This document shows positions 11,901-19,352 of a stretch of 64,000 nt of DNA, one piece after another (the stretch's first letter is position 1; every line of letters begins with the position of its first letter). The notes beneath the pieces were generated by a model. That model was not told the DNA's origin. It did not search any database and saw only the letters and a program-made list of their open reading frames with translations. The stretch is from a virus (Duplodnaviria > Caudoviricetes): the IMG/VR virus record IMGVR_UViG_3300037247_001786, positions 160,001 through 224,000 of that record; one strand, given 5' to 3'. A program made the position numbers and the translations under genes.

Positions 11901-11958
11901 GGGAGGCAAGACTTCTGGCAATGAGGACGGTAGTATCGAAATAGGATTTGGTGATTAA
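5974..11958 (+). CDS. 1994-aa multidomain virion/adhesin protein: N-terminal part of vWA (DxSxS), FN3-like repeats, LamG domain, Cys-rich segments, C-terminal Kelch propeller
   Basis: VTFIIDQSGSM; LWHMDEG...YFNGVDDY...WQHVCVT...FYGKITEV (LamG); Kelch repeats W..MSIARS...VYVFGG, PTPRFGG...IYTIGG, YVMGG. Confidence 0.8.
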   Translation: MTKKIVVPPVVDTELDVNVFSDKINQVLNNVKITDNGDGTELVELSLDGRVVTFIIDQSGSMTWNDNDGFRHEIAKKIIEDIEANYPGEIRYNLFQYGAILSTTLFFGVIEEDGFNPNDIDSLNALYFADDEANFAGIRVVRNIERVVDGDILTYPTSPIDGEIVLEGFISKAFEDSLEEGTTYYYTVYTFDKELRFSRGRNVSVAPRDRIVPRGVSIFNSFKKIDETSLSLIGSAVQRDEDIIGLWHMDEGEGHRLFDFSDTKANLTLFDTEPSWVGENFSPAGEGAMYFNGVDDYATINDVDALDLGTPKTLMAWILPYSVSGSSDIICSTDGEDVSYTLGIRDGKLFFSEGIPGTGSSEWSTDSAVIEVNAWQHVCVTLLSGSPIFYINANIEPSSTTSSGPQSSNDGNLYFSIGACRRTSGIMNYFYGKITEVSVHGVVRDSDYISNQVSVEEVIDPDTGIAFTDPLTGLPATQALGLKGDNGDRLNVFKYTVPEDANYLGGEVIIVKNEKNIPTWEGDGTIIHTNTSVSSGEYFSTDADDFVLGEEYYYRIYSQNTTGNFSYSSDSPSLSIDISTGILPEYIPELLTNIEGPSNPFGVPVSVGGNRKVGLRWRNDLISDDRVKRVKIYVSTSLFPTVNPDGGSSGSLIFTGDVSDGSFVHRDISNDIERFYTITNIDRYGRNSSAQITSSSTTSASSTSAQEALIPLLEVENLHYEIVNDESVSIIWDQPIQRPEDLHSFFGETVLLYATITDQFGQPIPEDSLVEMVIESKITKETAVDDVFSSGEPLSFTDEESYSFVVSGIKDGIIQASLSMSNDSSVLSQIKEAKFTVKVKSFIPGNSSNLNNSSDGQASSNVSSSALGAIADYINTINELIEDIEGAEEEVESSGNIFEYTSQPLNIVFSNPWDLELVNRDNRKVEQRCFYYKKDTTTNVDVLTQTVESFDGAYIRSTNPFVARAKVTYKGDVVSSGFVDIAVWDAEADLCSCATEDADPGCKPVFSKTQVSEIVSLPSYRLPIINGTENTVNSVGETVSTPISYIDVSLSSTDLPLNIKLYAKGQFAGFSSLKELDIVFQNILRIDLNAQAPQADGVNIVEQQSTVYIINPDFPENQDLYTFPVNQSIVEWKIDPKHAFRSRSIGGGSLTGLTGVDIIPRNLYSIDNVPVFNGIFSYTRTGTARNVFLGPAENRNESIAETYELSASISYEGLSDQSKQEIIISHGGSNLQSFGARFLMETEYSYKNARGNRIWTDGIDYKKIYISRDPTVADYPEFLFGDIFRNCADEEGSPVLELNPSGQVVTLIGDEDIEFLWGEITEVVDPYTGQEYLEIGDDGFIASGTADVELNDESISDRTTVYFRFNKFTQGSKCNRDNTPPCREVNLGCLGLTSCDLPLGNSFISGETFIFVNGEPLRLAGGGGDSGGVPPCPVCFNEPLRVSTVWTKIDGKDTPELGVFPEPEFGVPPKDPITVNSVMDIRVEVSFAGKPVPNNTPITTVVGNNDGRSVFSALRNIVFTEIQDTDVIDEYTGDIVVEADGKSYADIRIVILNVPEVTSSEKIKIFSTYDETELTERKVENIYSMTLIIKDIPDEEEEEDVPDVIVPPEEEQTVYSKTLERYDIDLDQWSYSTDMSIARSSPFVGVVNNIVYVFGGFINNDTDIAPETEVYYPLTDSWSFASDIPTPRFGGSTVVVEDKIYTIGGCYYNDQQQNIEVSNLIEMYDTTTGEWSTLTDMPSVGIGISEQSYGVAYGTAVHVALETGSDIFNYIYVLSGAIEVYDGNSGIEIEAVNDRILRYCIETDSWEISSIPLFGSDLNTYQRISPLCFSVDNQIVVLNGALVDLSTTVNEFVFINEVYTITVVGDIDLTDFISSSFIGTKPLAKYQSSLVEYLPNPAYEPSSSLQRFYFIIGGANQDSLNLDIVERLDPSVQPYGYTNSELSLDSLSKGRNALGAAFAYGLDDEYGSISPFIYVMGGKTSGNEDGSIEIGFGD

Positions 11959-11960
11959 TT

Positions 11961-14900
11961 ATGGCTAATACGATTAGATGTAAATTAGATGGAAAACAAT
12001 CGGTAACTTTTCCAGTTACTCTTAAGAAAAATGGTAGATTTCTTACTGATCCTATAAATATTGTAGTTAGGGGTTTTGTAAAATTTAAAGATGAATCTAA
12101 TCCTAACGTTAGTGAATACGAATCTGATGAGTATCAAAAAGATTCGGCTAGTTTATTAAATGATAAAACAATTGTTTATCCTGTATTATTTACTTCTGAT
12201 GAGATAACTATTAATAATGGTAAAGGAACGATAACTCTTTTACCTAGATCAGAAGACATTTTATCTGATTTTGATACAATATCTGGTAGGTCTGGAGAAT
12301 CTCGAACTTCTGTTTCTGAGACTGAGGTATTGGAAGGTGGATCAGGTGTAAAAATTATTATTGAGGTGGGTACAGAAAGAGTTCCTTATAAAATTTCTGT
12401 AGAGGTAACTGTCGTTGATGATAACGGTCAATTTTTCGGACAGAGTGTAGATAGAGGAAGTACCTCTGCATCTAAAGATGGAGACGGACTGTTTGAGCAA
12501 GAGATGAAACAGGTGGTAAGTAACTTAATAGTAGAATTTTATAATGATGACGAATGGATCCCTTCTATTAAATCGTCACTTACAGATAATGCAGGCACCT
12601 CTGAAGAGGCTCTTGAGGCAATAGACGAATTGTCAAATGAGATAGCTTTTGGGTCTTCTGCTATGTATGATGCGATCAAGGCATCTGCTGTAATGTTATC
12701 AGATAATTCTATTGATCCTTTCAGAAAAGTTATATATTTGTTTACAGATAATGATTCTAATATGTCTGTCGCCACTGCCGATGAAGCTATAAATGAAGTT
12801 AACTCTATCGATGGGAATAAGCAAACACCAGTATTAACAGGTAATTTACAAATAGTAGAGCCTATAACTCTTTCCGTAAAAGCCAATACTACTGACACCG
12901 TCAATTTAAATAAGATAGGATTTTTAACAGGGGGACAAAGCGTAACTGTTGTCAGTGAAGAATTTCTTGACGAAATAGTAGATATTTTTTACGGAGAAGC
13001 GGTGGGGGCATTAGGTTATGGATACTATGAATTTGATGTAGACCTACTTAATATCGTTTCTATCGAAAGCATAACTGGAGATTTTACTATCTCTGACTCA
13101 AGAAGTAATGCCAGTTGGCAAATAGAATTAAGTGATGATGGTTATACTTATGTTTCTGTAGCTGATATTTTTTCATCAACGGATATTTATCAAGTTGATA
13201 ATATATCAGCCAGATTTTTAAAATTTAAGGTTACATTATTAACTGGATTTTCAAGTGATGAATATTTAGGGGAACCTCAATCTCCAGTTTTGAATGGTTT
13301 TGAAATTGTATATAATGAGAGCAAGACTGTATTTTTATTTTTTAATTCACAAGATGATGGATTTCCTCCATATCAGATGGTTATAGGGATTGATGGTAAT
13401 CCTATTAATCAAGATCAAATAGAGGTTGGTTTATCTAAATCTGATTCCAGTAATTGGTCAGATTTTTCTAACGGTTCCCAGCCGACTATTAATCAAAATG
13501 GAAAAATAGTTGTTCCTTTGAGATTTTCTCAAGATATAGAAGAATTTGCTCAGGAACCTCTTTCAAAGATTGATGGGTTCACACTAAAAACTTTATATGG
13601 ATCTTGGGATCCTTATTCTTCCGTTACTATATACGACAAAGTTAATGATATAGTCTTTTCTAGTGAATATAAATTATATCCGAGAGATGGCATAGTTGTA
13701 TTTAAAGGTACGTTGCCTAATGATTATGTAGATGGAGATTTCTCTATTGGAATATTAAATGGTAATGATTATAAGATAGGATTAAAATTAACTAATATTT
13801 CTAATGCCAATTCTTTAGAGTTATATGGCATTGGTAAAATGTATACTACTGGTAAAGATCTACTTCCTCCGATAGATAAGCAGGCTCCTGAAGCTCAAGA
13901 CGTTACCATATCTCCTGATGTTCCTAACATGTATAGCGTGATGAGTTCTAGTTATGTATATTTTGATGCTAATTTTGAATCTGAAGATTTATCACAAAGA
14001 GAAATAAAATGGTATATAAATGGAGTCAGGGTTAGTTATCTAGATGGGCTTACTTCTTGGAATGATCTTGCAGATGCTAATGACCCATTATACCAGCATA
14101 TCTTATCATTTACAATAAATGATATTGAGCAGGGAGAGACGGCTGAAGAGAAGGCTAGATTATTGGGAGAATCTATATTAAAAGTGGGAGATACTGTATA
14201 TTATACTATCAAAGTTAGTGATGGAGATTTGCTTAGTCAACAGTCTAAATCAGAAACAGTTAATGTTGCGGAGGGGTCTCCTACTATTTCCCAGTTAGAG
14301 ATAAAGTCTCTCGATGATGCAGGAGCTGTGATAGATAGAATATCTACTGACAATGTTGTATTTGTTAGTTTTAATTTGCAAGGAGATACTAGAGGAAATA
14401 GTTCTGAAATAATATGGTATGTTGATGGAACTGAATTTAAAAGAGGCATATACGGAGACCCTGTACTTAAAGATGAGATTCCTCATGATAGATTACTCCC
14501 AGGAGAAGTTGGTCTTAATACGGGAGATTGGGCTTTGAAGTTAGGAAATGAAATTTATGTACAAATCATACCTAACACGGGAACATCTGTCGGAGAACTA
14601 GTAACTAGTAATACATCTACTGTAGAGAACGCTTTGCCAGAGATAGCAAATGAAACTATATTACCAACAGTTGTAACTCAATTTTCATCAATAACATTGA
14701 CTTGGGATTTTATTGATTTTGATATAGATGCATTGCAGGATGCGACGCAGTCAGAAGAAACAGTTGTTAAGTGGTTTTTAAAAACTCCTCCTGCTGACAT
14801 TAGTCAGTCTACTATCTTCCGGGAGGTAACGGATCCTGATTTATTATCTTTTATAAATACTGATACGGTTAACCATACTTCAGTCGTAGATGCTGCGATT

Positions 14901-15002
14901 CTAAGTGCAGACCAGCAATGGTATGCAGAGTTAACACCGAATGACGGATTTGACGATGGTGAAGTAGTAACGACAGATATAAAAACTATTACGAGTGGAT
15001 AA
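11961..15002 (+). CDS. 1013-aa virion-type protein with the C-terminal part of a vWA domain and Ig-like repeats
   Basis: GSSAMYDAI...RKVIYLFTDND...LNKIGFLTGG (vWA C-terminal elements); repeated WY.NG / WYVDG / YY.IKVSDG / AELTPNDG Ig-like patterns. Confidence 0.65.
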   Translation: MANTIRCKLDGKQSVTFPVTLKKNGRFLTDPINIVVRGFVKFKDESNPNVSEYESDEYQKDSASLLNDKTIVYPVLFTSDEITINNGKGTITLLPRSEDILSDFDTISGRSGESRTSVSETEVLEGGSGVKIIIEVGTERVPYKISVEVTVVDDNGQFFGQSVDRGSTSASKDGDGLFEQEMKQVVSNLIVEFYNDDEWIPSIKSSLTDNAGTSEEALEAIDELSNEIAFGSSAMYDAIKASAVMLSDNSIDPFRKVIYLFTDNDSNMSVATADEAINEVNSIDGNKQTPVLTGNLQIVEPITLSVKANTTDTVNLNKIGFLTGGQSVTVVSEEFLDEIVDIFYGEAVGALGYGYYEFDVDLLNIVSIESITGDFTISDSRSNASWQIELSDDGYTYVSVADIFSSTDIYQVDNISARFLKFKVTLLTGFSSDEYLGEPQSPVLNGFEIVYNESKTVFLFFNSQDDGFPPYQMVIGIDGNPINQDQIEVGLSKSDSSNWSDFSNGSQPTINQNGKIVVPLRFSQDIEEFAQEPLSKIDGFTLKTLYGSWDPYSSVTIYDKVNDIVFSSEYKLYPRDGIVVFKGTLPNDYVDGDFSIGILNGNDYKIGLKLTNISNANSLELYGIGKMYTTGKDLLPPIDKQAPEAQDVTISPDVPNMYSVMSSSYVYFDANFESEDLSQREIKWYINGVRVSYLDGLTSWNDLADANDPLYQHILSFTINDIEQGETAEEKARLLGESILKVGDTVYYTIKVSDGDLLSQQSKSETVNVAEGSPTISQLEIKSLDDAGAVIDRISTDNVVFVSFNLQGDTRGNSSEIIWYVDGTEFKRGIYGDPVLKDEIPHDRLLPGEVGLNTGDWALKLGNEIYVQIIPNTGTSVGELVTSNTSTVENALPEIANETILPTVVTQFSSITLTWDFIDFDIDALQDATQSEETVVKWFLKTPPADISQSTIFREVTDPDLLSFINTDTVNHTSVVDAAILSADQQWYAELTPNDGFDDGEVVTTDIKTITSG

Positions 15003-15004
15003 AA

Positions 15005-15718
15005 ATGATAGCAATTTTAATTTTGACGTATAATAATATTGAGGCTACAAAAAAGTGTATAGAAAAACTATACAGCAACACTCAATCAGATTTCACCTTG
15101 TTCGTTCTCGACAATCACTCTACTGATGGAACGCAAGAATACCTACACTCCCTTACATGTGAGAATTTTCTATATAGTTTAAGCGAAGAGAATAAAGGTA
15201 TTATTAATGGCAGGAACCATCTATGGCAATTATCTAAGGACTACGCTGATTACAAACACACCAATTACGATTATTTTATATTTCTCGATAACGACCAATT
15301 CGTTCAAGAAGGTTGGGACAGTGCTTATCTTGACTTAATGAAAGATTATGATGTTGTAGGAATAGAGGCTTGGCAGATGAAGTCTGGTTTTAGACCTTTC
15401 CGCAGAATAGAAAACGAATCAGAGCATTTTAGTTATGTTGGTTGCGGAGGCATGATGATTAAGAGGAAAGTTATCGAAGACATCGGTCTTTTTGATGATC
15501 AGTTTAATCCAAAATATTTTGAAGATCCGGATTTTTGTTTTAGAGCTATTCAAAAAGGGTATAAAATTGGTTGGTGTTCTGATAAACTTATAGAGCATCA
15601 AAAACACGATTTAACATTATCAACTATGGAAAGAGTTTTTTTTATGAGGAATCTTAGGATTATCCAAAACAAATGGATAGAGTTCCCTTTGCCTAAAATA
15701 AAAAATATAAGGAAATAA
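15005..15718 (+). CDS. Glycosyltransferase family 2
   Basis: ILILTYN...VLDNHSTDGT...FLDND (DXD)...FEDPDFCFRA. Confidence 0.9.
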   Translation: MIAILILTYNNIEATKKCIEKLYSNTQSDFTLFVLDNHSTDGTQEYLHSLTCENFLYSLSEENKGIINGRNHLWQLSKDYADYKHTNYDYFIFLDNDQFVQEGWDSAYLDLMKDYDVVGIEAWQMKSGFRPFRRIENESEHFSYVGCGGMMIKRKVIEDIGLFDDQFNPKYFEDPDFCFRAIQKGYKIGWCSDKLIEHQKHDLTLSTMERVFFMRNLRIIQNKWIEFPLPKIKNIRK

Positions 15719-15719
15719 A

Positions 15720-15941
15720 ATGGATAAAGATACACTTCTTATAAAAATTAATGAATTGGATGCAATACTAAAAAAGATAGACAAAAAGAAAAAAGAAATA
15801 GAAAAAGAATTATCTTCGTTACGTTATAAATTTTATGCGATATTAGAAGAAGAAGAATTGAAAAAAAAAGAAGAAGAATCTAATCGCCCTCCACCAGACA
15901 CCTCGTTCTTAGATAATGAAGATTGGTCAGGTTTTTCTTGA
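15720..15941 (+). CDS. Small coiled-coil hypothetical protein
   Basis: 73-aa ORF tightly coupled to the GT2 gene; charged heptad pattern. Confidence 0.6.
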   Translation: MDKDTLLIKINELDAILKKIDKKKKEIEKELSSLRYKFYAILEEEELKKKEEESNRPPPDTSFLDNEDWSGFS

Positions 15942-15966
15942 AAAGTGAAACTTAATGATGTAGTAT
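15938..15966 (+). promoter_or_regulatory. Promoter TTGAAA-A-GTGAAA-N10-TAGTAT; probably gives a leaderless mRNA
   Basis: -35/-10 spaced 17 nt; ATG at 15973 is 6 nt after the -10; no SD sequence. Confidence 0.7.
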
Positions 15967-15972
15967 AAAACG

Positions 15973-16944
15973 ATGAATAAACATAAAAACAAAGAACAGC
16001 ACACTGTCCCTAATTGTTATTTAAAAAGATTTGCTACAGTTAGCGAATATAATAACAAGCAGCACGATATCTTTTATTATAACAAAGAGACAGGTTTATC
16101 TAAGAAGACATCTACAGATAGCGGTAAGATGACAGAAAAGCATTTCTACACTATTTCTCCGCAGTTTTTAAAAAATCCCTCTTCTATCGATGATTCTCTA
16201 CTTGTAGAGGGAGAATTAGCCAAGATAGAAAGTGATTTTATATTAAATTTGAAGTATTTAGATAATGTTTTTAACGATAACAAGAGTAGGTCTTTGTCTG
16301 AAATTTTTGGAATTAGGAATGCTAAGATTATAAAAGAAAATATATCTTTTTATATTGGTGTTCAAGCGATGAGAACGGAAGTTAAAAGAAAAGATTACAA
16401 AGACAGTTTTATGGGGTTGTCAAGTAAAATAGATAAAATGTTTAGATGCGGCGATTCTTCTAAATTATGGCCAGATATGGACGACGACAGAGCTAATTTG
16501 GAAAGTTCGTTGCTTATTTTTTCTCTTGCAGATATTTATAAACAATTATTTTCATCCGAAGATTATTGTTGGTTTTTCGGGGTGAATGGGAGTAAAACTT
16601 CGTTCTATACTTCAGATAATCCTGTAGTGATAGATTATCAGGATTGTCCCGATAGGGGATTAGTGAGTAGTAAAATACATTTGTTTTTCCCCTTGTCTCC
16701 TAAGAGGATATTGTTTATTGTTAAGAAAAAGTTTGTCGGTGAGAATTACTTATCTTGGTTAAAATTAAATAACGGGGTGTTACTCTTTACAGAAGATATG
16801 GTGGAGATGGTAAATAAGCTACAAATTCGTCAATCATTTCGATACATATACAGCATCGAAGATAATTTTTCTTTAGCTCGCTTAGAGTGTAATAGAAATC
16901 CTGTTTTGAAGGACATTCATCGTTCTCGTATCCAAATTTTATAA
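15973..16944 (+). CDS. DUF4238-family protein
   Basis: N-terminal QHTVPNCYLKRFA and internal FYTSDNPV, FFPLSPKRIL motifs typical of DUF4238. Confidence 0.75.
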   Translation: MNKHKNKEQHTVPNCYLKRFATVSEYNNKQHDIFYYNKETGLSKKTSTDSGKMTEKHFYTISPQFLKNPSSIDDSLLVEGELAKIESDFILNLKYLDNVFNDNKSRSLSEIFGIRNAKIIKENISFYIGVQAMRTEVKRKDYKDSFMGLSSKIDKMFRCGDSSKLWPDMDDDRANLESSLLIFSLADIYKQLFSSEDYCWFFGVNGSKTSFYTSDNPVVIDYQDCPDRGLVSSKIHLFFPLSPKRILFIVKKKFVGENYLSWLKLNNGVLLFTEDMVEMVNKLQIRQSFRYIYSIEDNFSLARLECNRNPVLKDIHRSRIQIL

Positions 16945-16947
16945 TTC

Positions 16948-17241
16948 TTATTTATTTAATCCCCTACCTTTAGTATCTTTTATCCTAGTTAGTTTTCTTG
17001 TGTTCTTCTTACAATCTATTTGCATACAATAATTTTCTCTTAACATTTTGTTTCTATTTTTAGCCCCAGTATGACATAAATCATATTCAAGTTGTTTCAA
17101 TCTGTTATTCTCTTTTAGCTGTTCTCTCATTAACTTGATTGCTAAACACAAATCACAGTCGCAGTCTTCATTATTCCCACATTTATAGTTCGGCTTAAAT
17201 GCATATAGAAAATCTTCTACTGTTTTTATTTTTTTATTCAT
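16948..17241 (-). CDS. Cys-rich hypothetical protein, the only credible minus-strand gene
   Basis: Occupies otherwise empty space, converges on DUF4238, and has a consensus promoter ending 6 nt before its ATG. Confidence 0.7.
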   Translation of the reverse strand: MNKKIKTVEDFLYAFKPNYKCGNNEDCDCDLCLAIKLMREQLKENNRLKQLEYDLCHTGAKNRNKMLRENYCMQIDCKKNTRKLTRIKDTKGRGLNK

Positions 17242-17247
17242 TACTGT

Positions 17248-17275
17248 ATTCTATCATATATTTAATCACTTTCAA
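17248..17275 (-). promoter_or_regulatory. Promoter TTGAAA-GTGATT-N10-TAGAAT (extended -10 TG); probably leaderless
   Basis: Reverse complement reads ttgaaaGTGATTaaatatatgaTAGAATacagtaATG. Confidence 0.75.
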
Positions 17276-17277
17276 AT

Positions 17278-17337
17278 AAAAAAGAAGGATATTCTTACTT
17301 AATTATGTAATTATATAATATTAAGTAATTAAATAAT
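17278..17337 (+). promoter_or_regulatory. Bipartite element AAAAAAGAAGGA-N36-TAATTAAATAAT upstream of an RHH gene (copy 1)
   Basis: The same two 12-mers with the same 36-nt spacing recur at 56221-56280. Confidence 0.65.
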
Positions 17338-17349
17338 GGAGATTTGTTA

Positions 17350-17523
17350 ATGAGTAATATAAATGTCACTGTAAGAATGGATAAAGAAAAAGTAAAAGAA
17401 TTAAAAGATATCGCCAGAGAGAGGTCTTTTAAAGAAAAAATCAATATTAGTTATAACGACTTAATTATCTCCTCTGTTTATAAAGAGTATTTTAAGGAAG
17501 AAGAGTCTGAAGATGGAGAGTAA
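17350..17523 (+). CDS. 57-aa ribbon-helix-helix (CopG/Arc-like) protein missed by the track
   Basis: Hand translation MSNINVTVRMDKEKVKELKDIARERSFKEKINISYNDLIISSVYKEYFKEEESEDGE*; alternating beta strand then two helices; GGAG SD. Confidence 0.7.
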   Translation: MSNINVTVRMDKEKVKELKDIARERSFKEKINISYNDLIISSVYKEYFKEEESEDGE

Positions 17524-17524
17524 A

Positions 17525-18274
17525 ATGAGAAAATGTTTAAATTGCGATACAGAATTAACGGGCAAGCAGAAGAAATATTGCTCTAATATCTGCGGTAATA
17601 TCTATTATTTATTAAATAATATGGATTCGGAAAACAAGAGGAAAAAAGAATATCGGGATGCTCATAAGAAAGAAATAAAAATATACAATAAGCAATATAA
17701 TAAAAAGAATAGAGATGTCTTAATAGCTAATAAAAAAGATAGTTATAGAAAAAATATAGAAAAAATCAAAAAATATAACGAAGAAAATAAAGATAGAGCA
17801 AATAAATATTATCAAGAGAATAGAGAAGATATATTAAAAAGGGTTAAAAGGCGATATCAAGATAATAGAGAAGAAATGCTAAATTACTCTAAAGCATATA
17901 TCCGACGCAATAGAAAGAAGATAAGGGAGTACCATAAGGCTTGGGAGCAAAAACAGCCTCTATATAGATTAGGGCATAATATCAGTTCTGGGATGAGGCA
18001 TACTCTTAAAACTCAAAATTTATCTAAAAATAGAAAACATTGGGAAAATATCGTTGGTTATCTCGTTCAGGATTTAAAAGAACATTTGGAGGGTTTGTTT
18101 CAGGAAGGGATGACTTGGGATAATTATGGCGAATGGCATATAGACCATATCATACCAAGGGTTTTTTTTGAATATACTTCTCTCAAAGATGTTGAGTTTA
18201 GATATTGTTGGTCATTAGATAATCTTCAACCTCTTTGGGCAAAAGATAATTTAAGTAAAGGAGGGAGATTATGA
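17525..18274 (+). CDS. HNH-type homing endonuclease with N-terminal Zn finger and basic repeats (track start 17513; coupled ATG at 17525 more likely)
   Basis: CLNC...YCSNIC; MTWDNYGEWHIDHIIP...NLQPLWAKDNLSKG. Confidence 0.85.
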   Translation: MRKCLNCDTELTGKQKKYCSNICGNIYYLLNNMDSENKRKKEYRDAHKKEIKIYNKQYNKKNRDVLIANKKDSYRKNIEKIKKYNEENKDRANKYYQENREDILKRVKRRYQDNREEMLNYSKAYIRRNRKKIREYHKAWEQKQPLYRLGHNISSGMRHTLKTQNLSKNRKHWENIVGYLVQDLKEHLEGLFQEGMTWDNYGEWHIDHIIPRVFFEYTSLKDVEFRYCWSLDNLQPLWAKDNLSKGGRL

Positions 18275-19350
18275 AACTTTGTATAATATGCAACTATGGA
18301 CCTCCTCATTGCGGTGGCTCTGAAGAGGTTATTAAAAATATATCTAAATGTTTGATTAATCAATATGATTATGACATAACTATTTTTGCTCGCAATTATC
18401 ATAAATCTTCTTTTTGGAATGGAATTAATCTCCTCCCTTGCCCAAAAGGAAATGCTTTGATTTCTCAATTAAATAATTTCGACCATACCTTTGTATATAG
18501 CGATTCCCAATGGAACTGGGAAGATATAGTTAAGAATATAAATAAGATTGATAGTAAGGTTTCAGTTGCTTTAGTAGGGGCTTACCATATGAGGTCTAAT
18601 TTAGATGTTCTCAATTTAGTTAAAAAAGATATCGATAAATTCAATTTAATCACTCACTCTTCAGCAACTCCTGATTACGAATGGTGCATCGATAATAAAT
18701 TAGTTGCGGAAGTTGTCCCTAATGGAGTTAATCTTACAGAGTTTCAAAATGATACTATAGATTTCCGCGAAAAATATAACATCAAAGAAAAGTATATTTT
18801 ATTGTTTGCTGCAAATTTTTTCTATGGAAAAGGATTTGAGGTTCTTCCTGAAATATGTAGAAACATAGCGAGAGAGGATATTGCGTTTCTCTCTCTCTCT
18901 AATACTATAAAATACCCTTATGATAAAACATTCCTACAAAAGACTAAGCAACAAAGCATTGGTTTGAATATCAGATTTCTTAGAGATTTACCGAGAGAAG
19001 ATGTAATCGCAGCTTTTAATGCGTCAGATATATTTGTATCTACTTCAAAAAAAGAAGTAGCTCCATTAGTTATTTTAGAATCCCAAGCGGCGGGGACTCC
19101 TTGGATATCTATGGATGTAGGGAATACGGGAGAAAGAGCTGGAGGAATAATTATTAAAAACCCTGATATCGACTCTAAAGGATATAAAGTGGTAAATGAT
19201 AAGATAGTTGATAAATTTGCGGAAAATATAAAAAGCATATTATTATCTAATGAATTAAGAAAACAATTGATAAGTGAAGGATTAAAAGATATATATCAGT
19301 TAGATTGGAACGATATAGTTCCAGAATATAATAGGATATTTAATTCGTAA
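18271..19350 (+). CDS. Glycosyltransferase family 4 (GT-B)
   Basis: GGSEEV, VVPNGVN, KGFEVL, ASDIFVSTSKKEVAPLVILESQAAGTP. Confidence 0.9.
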   Translation: MKLCIICNYGPPHCGGSEEVIKNISKCLINQYDYDITIFARNYHKSSFWNGINLLPCPKGNALISQLNNFDHTFVYSDSQWNWEDIVKNINKIDSKVSVALVGAYHMRSNLDVLNLVKKDIDKFNLITHSSATPDYEWCIDNKLVAEVVPNGVNLTEFQNDTIDFREKYNIKEKYILLFAANFFYGKGFEVLPEICRNIAREDIAFLSLSNTIKYPYDKTFLQKTKQQSIGLNIRFLRDLPREDVIAAFNASDIFVSTSKKEVAPLVILESQAAGTPWISMDVGNTGERAGGIIIKNPDIDSKGYKVVNDKIVDKFAENIKSILLSNELRKQLISEGLKDIYQLDWNDIVPEYNRIFNS

Positions 19351-19352
19351 AT

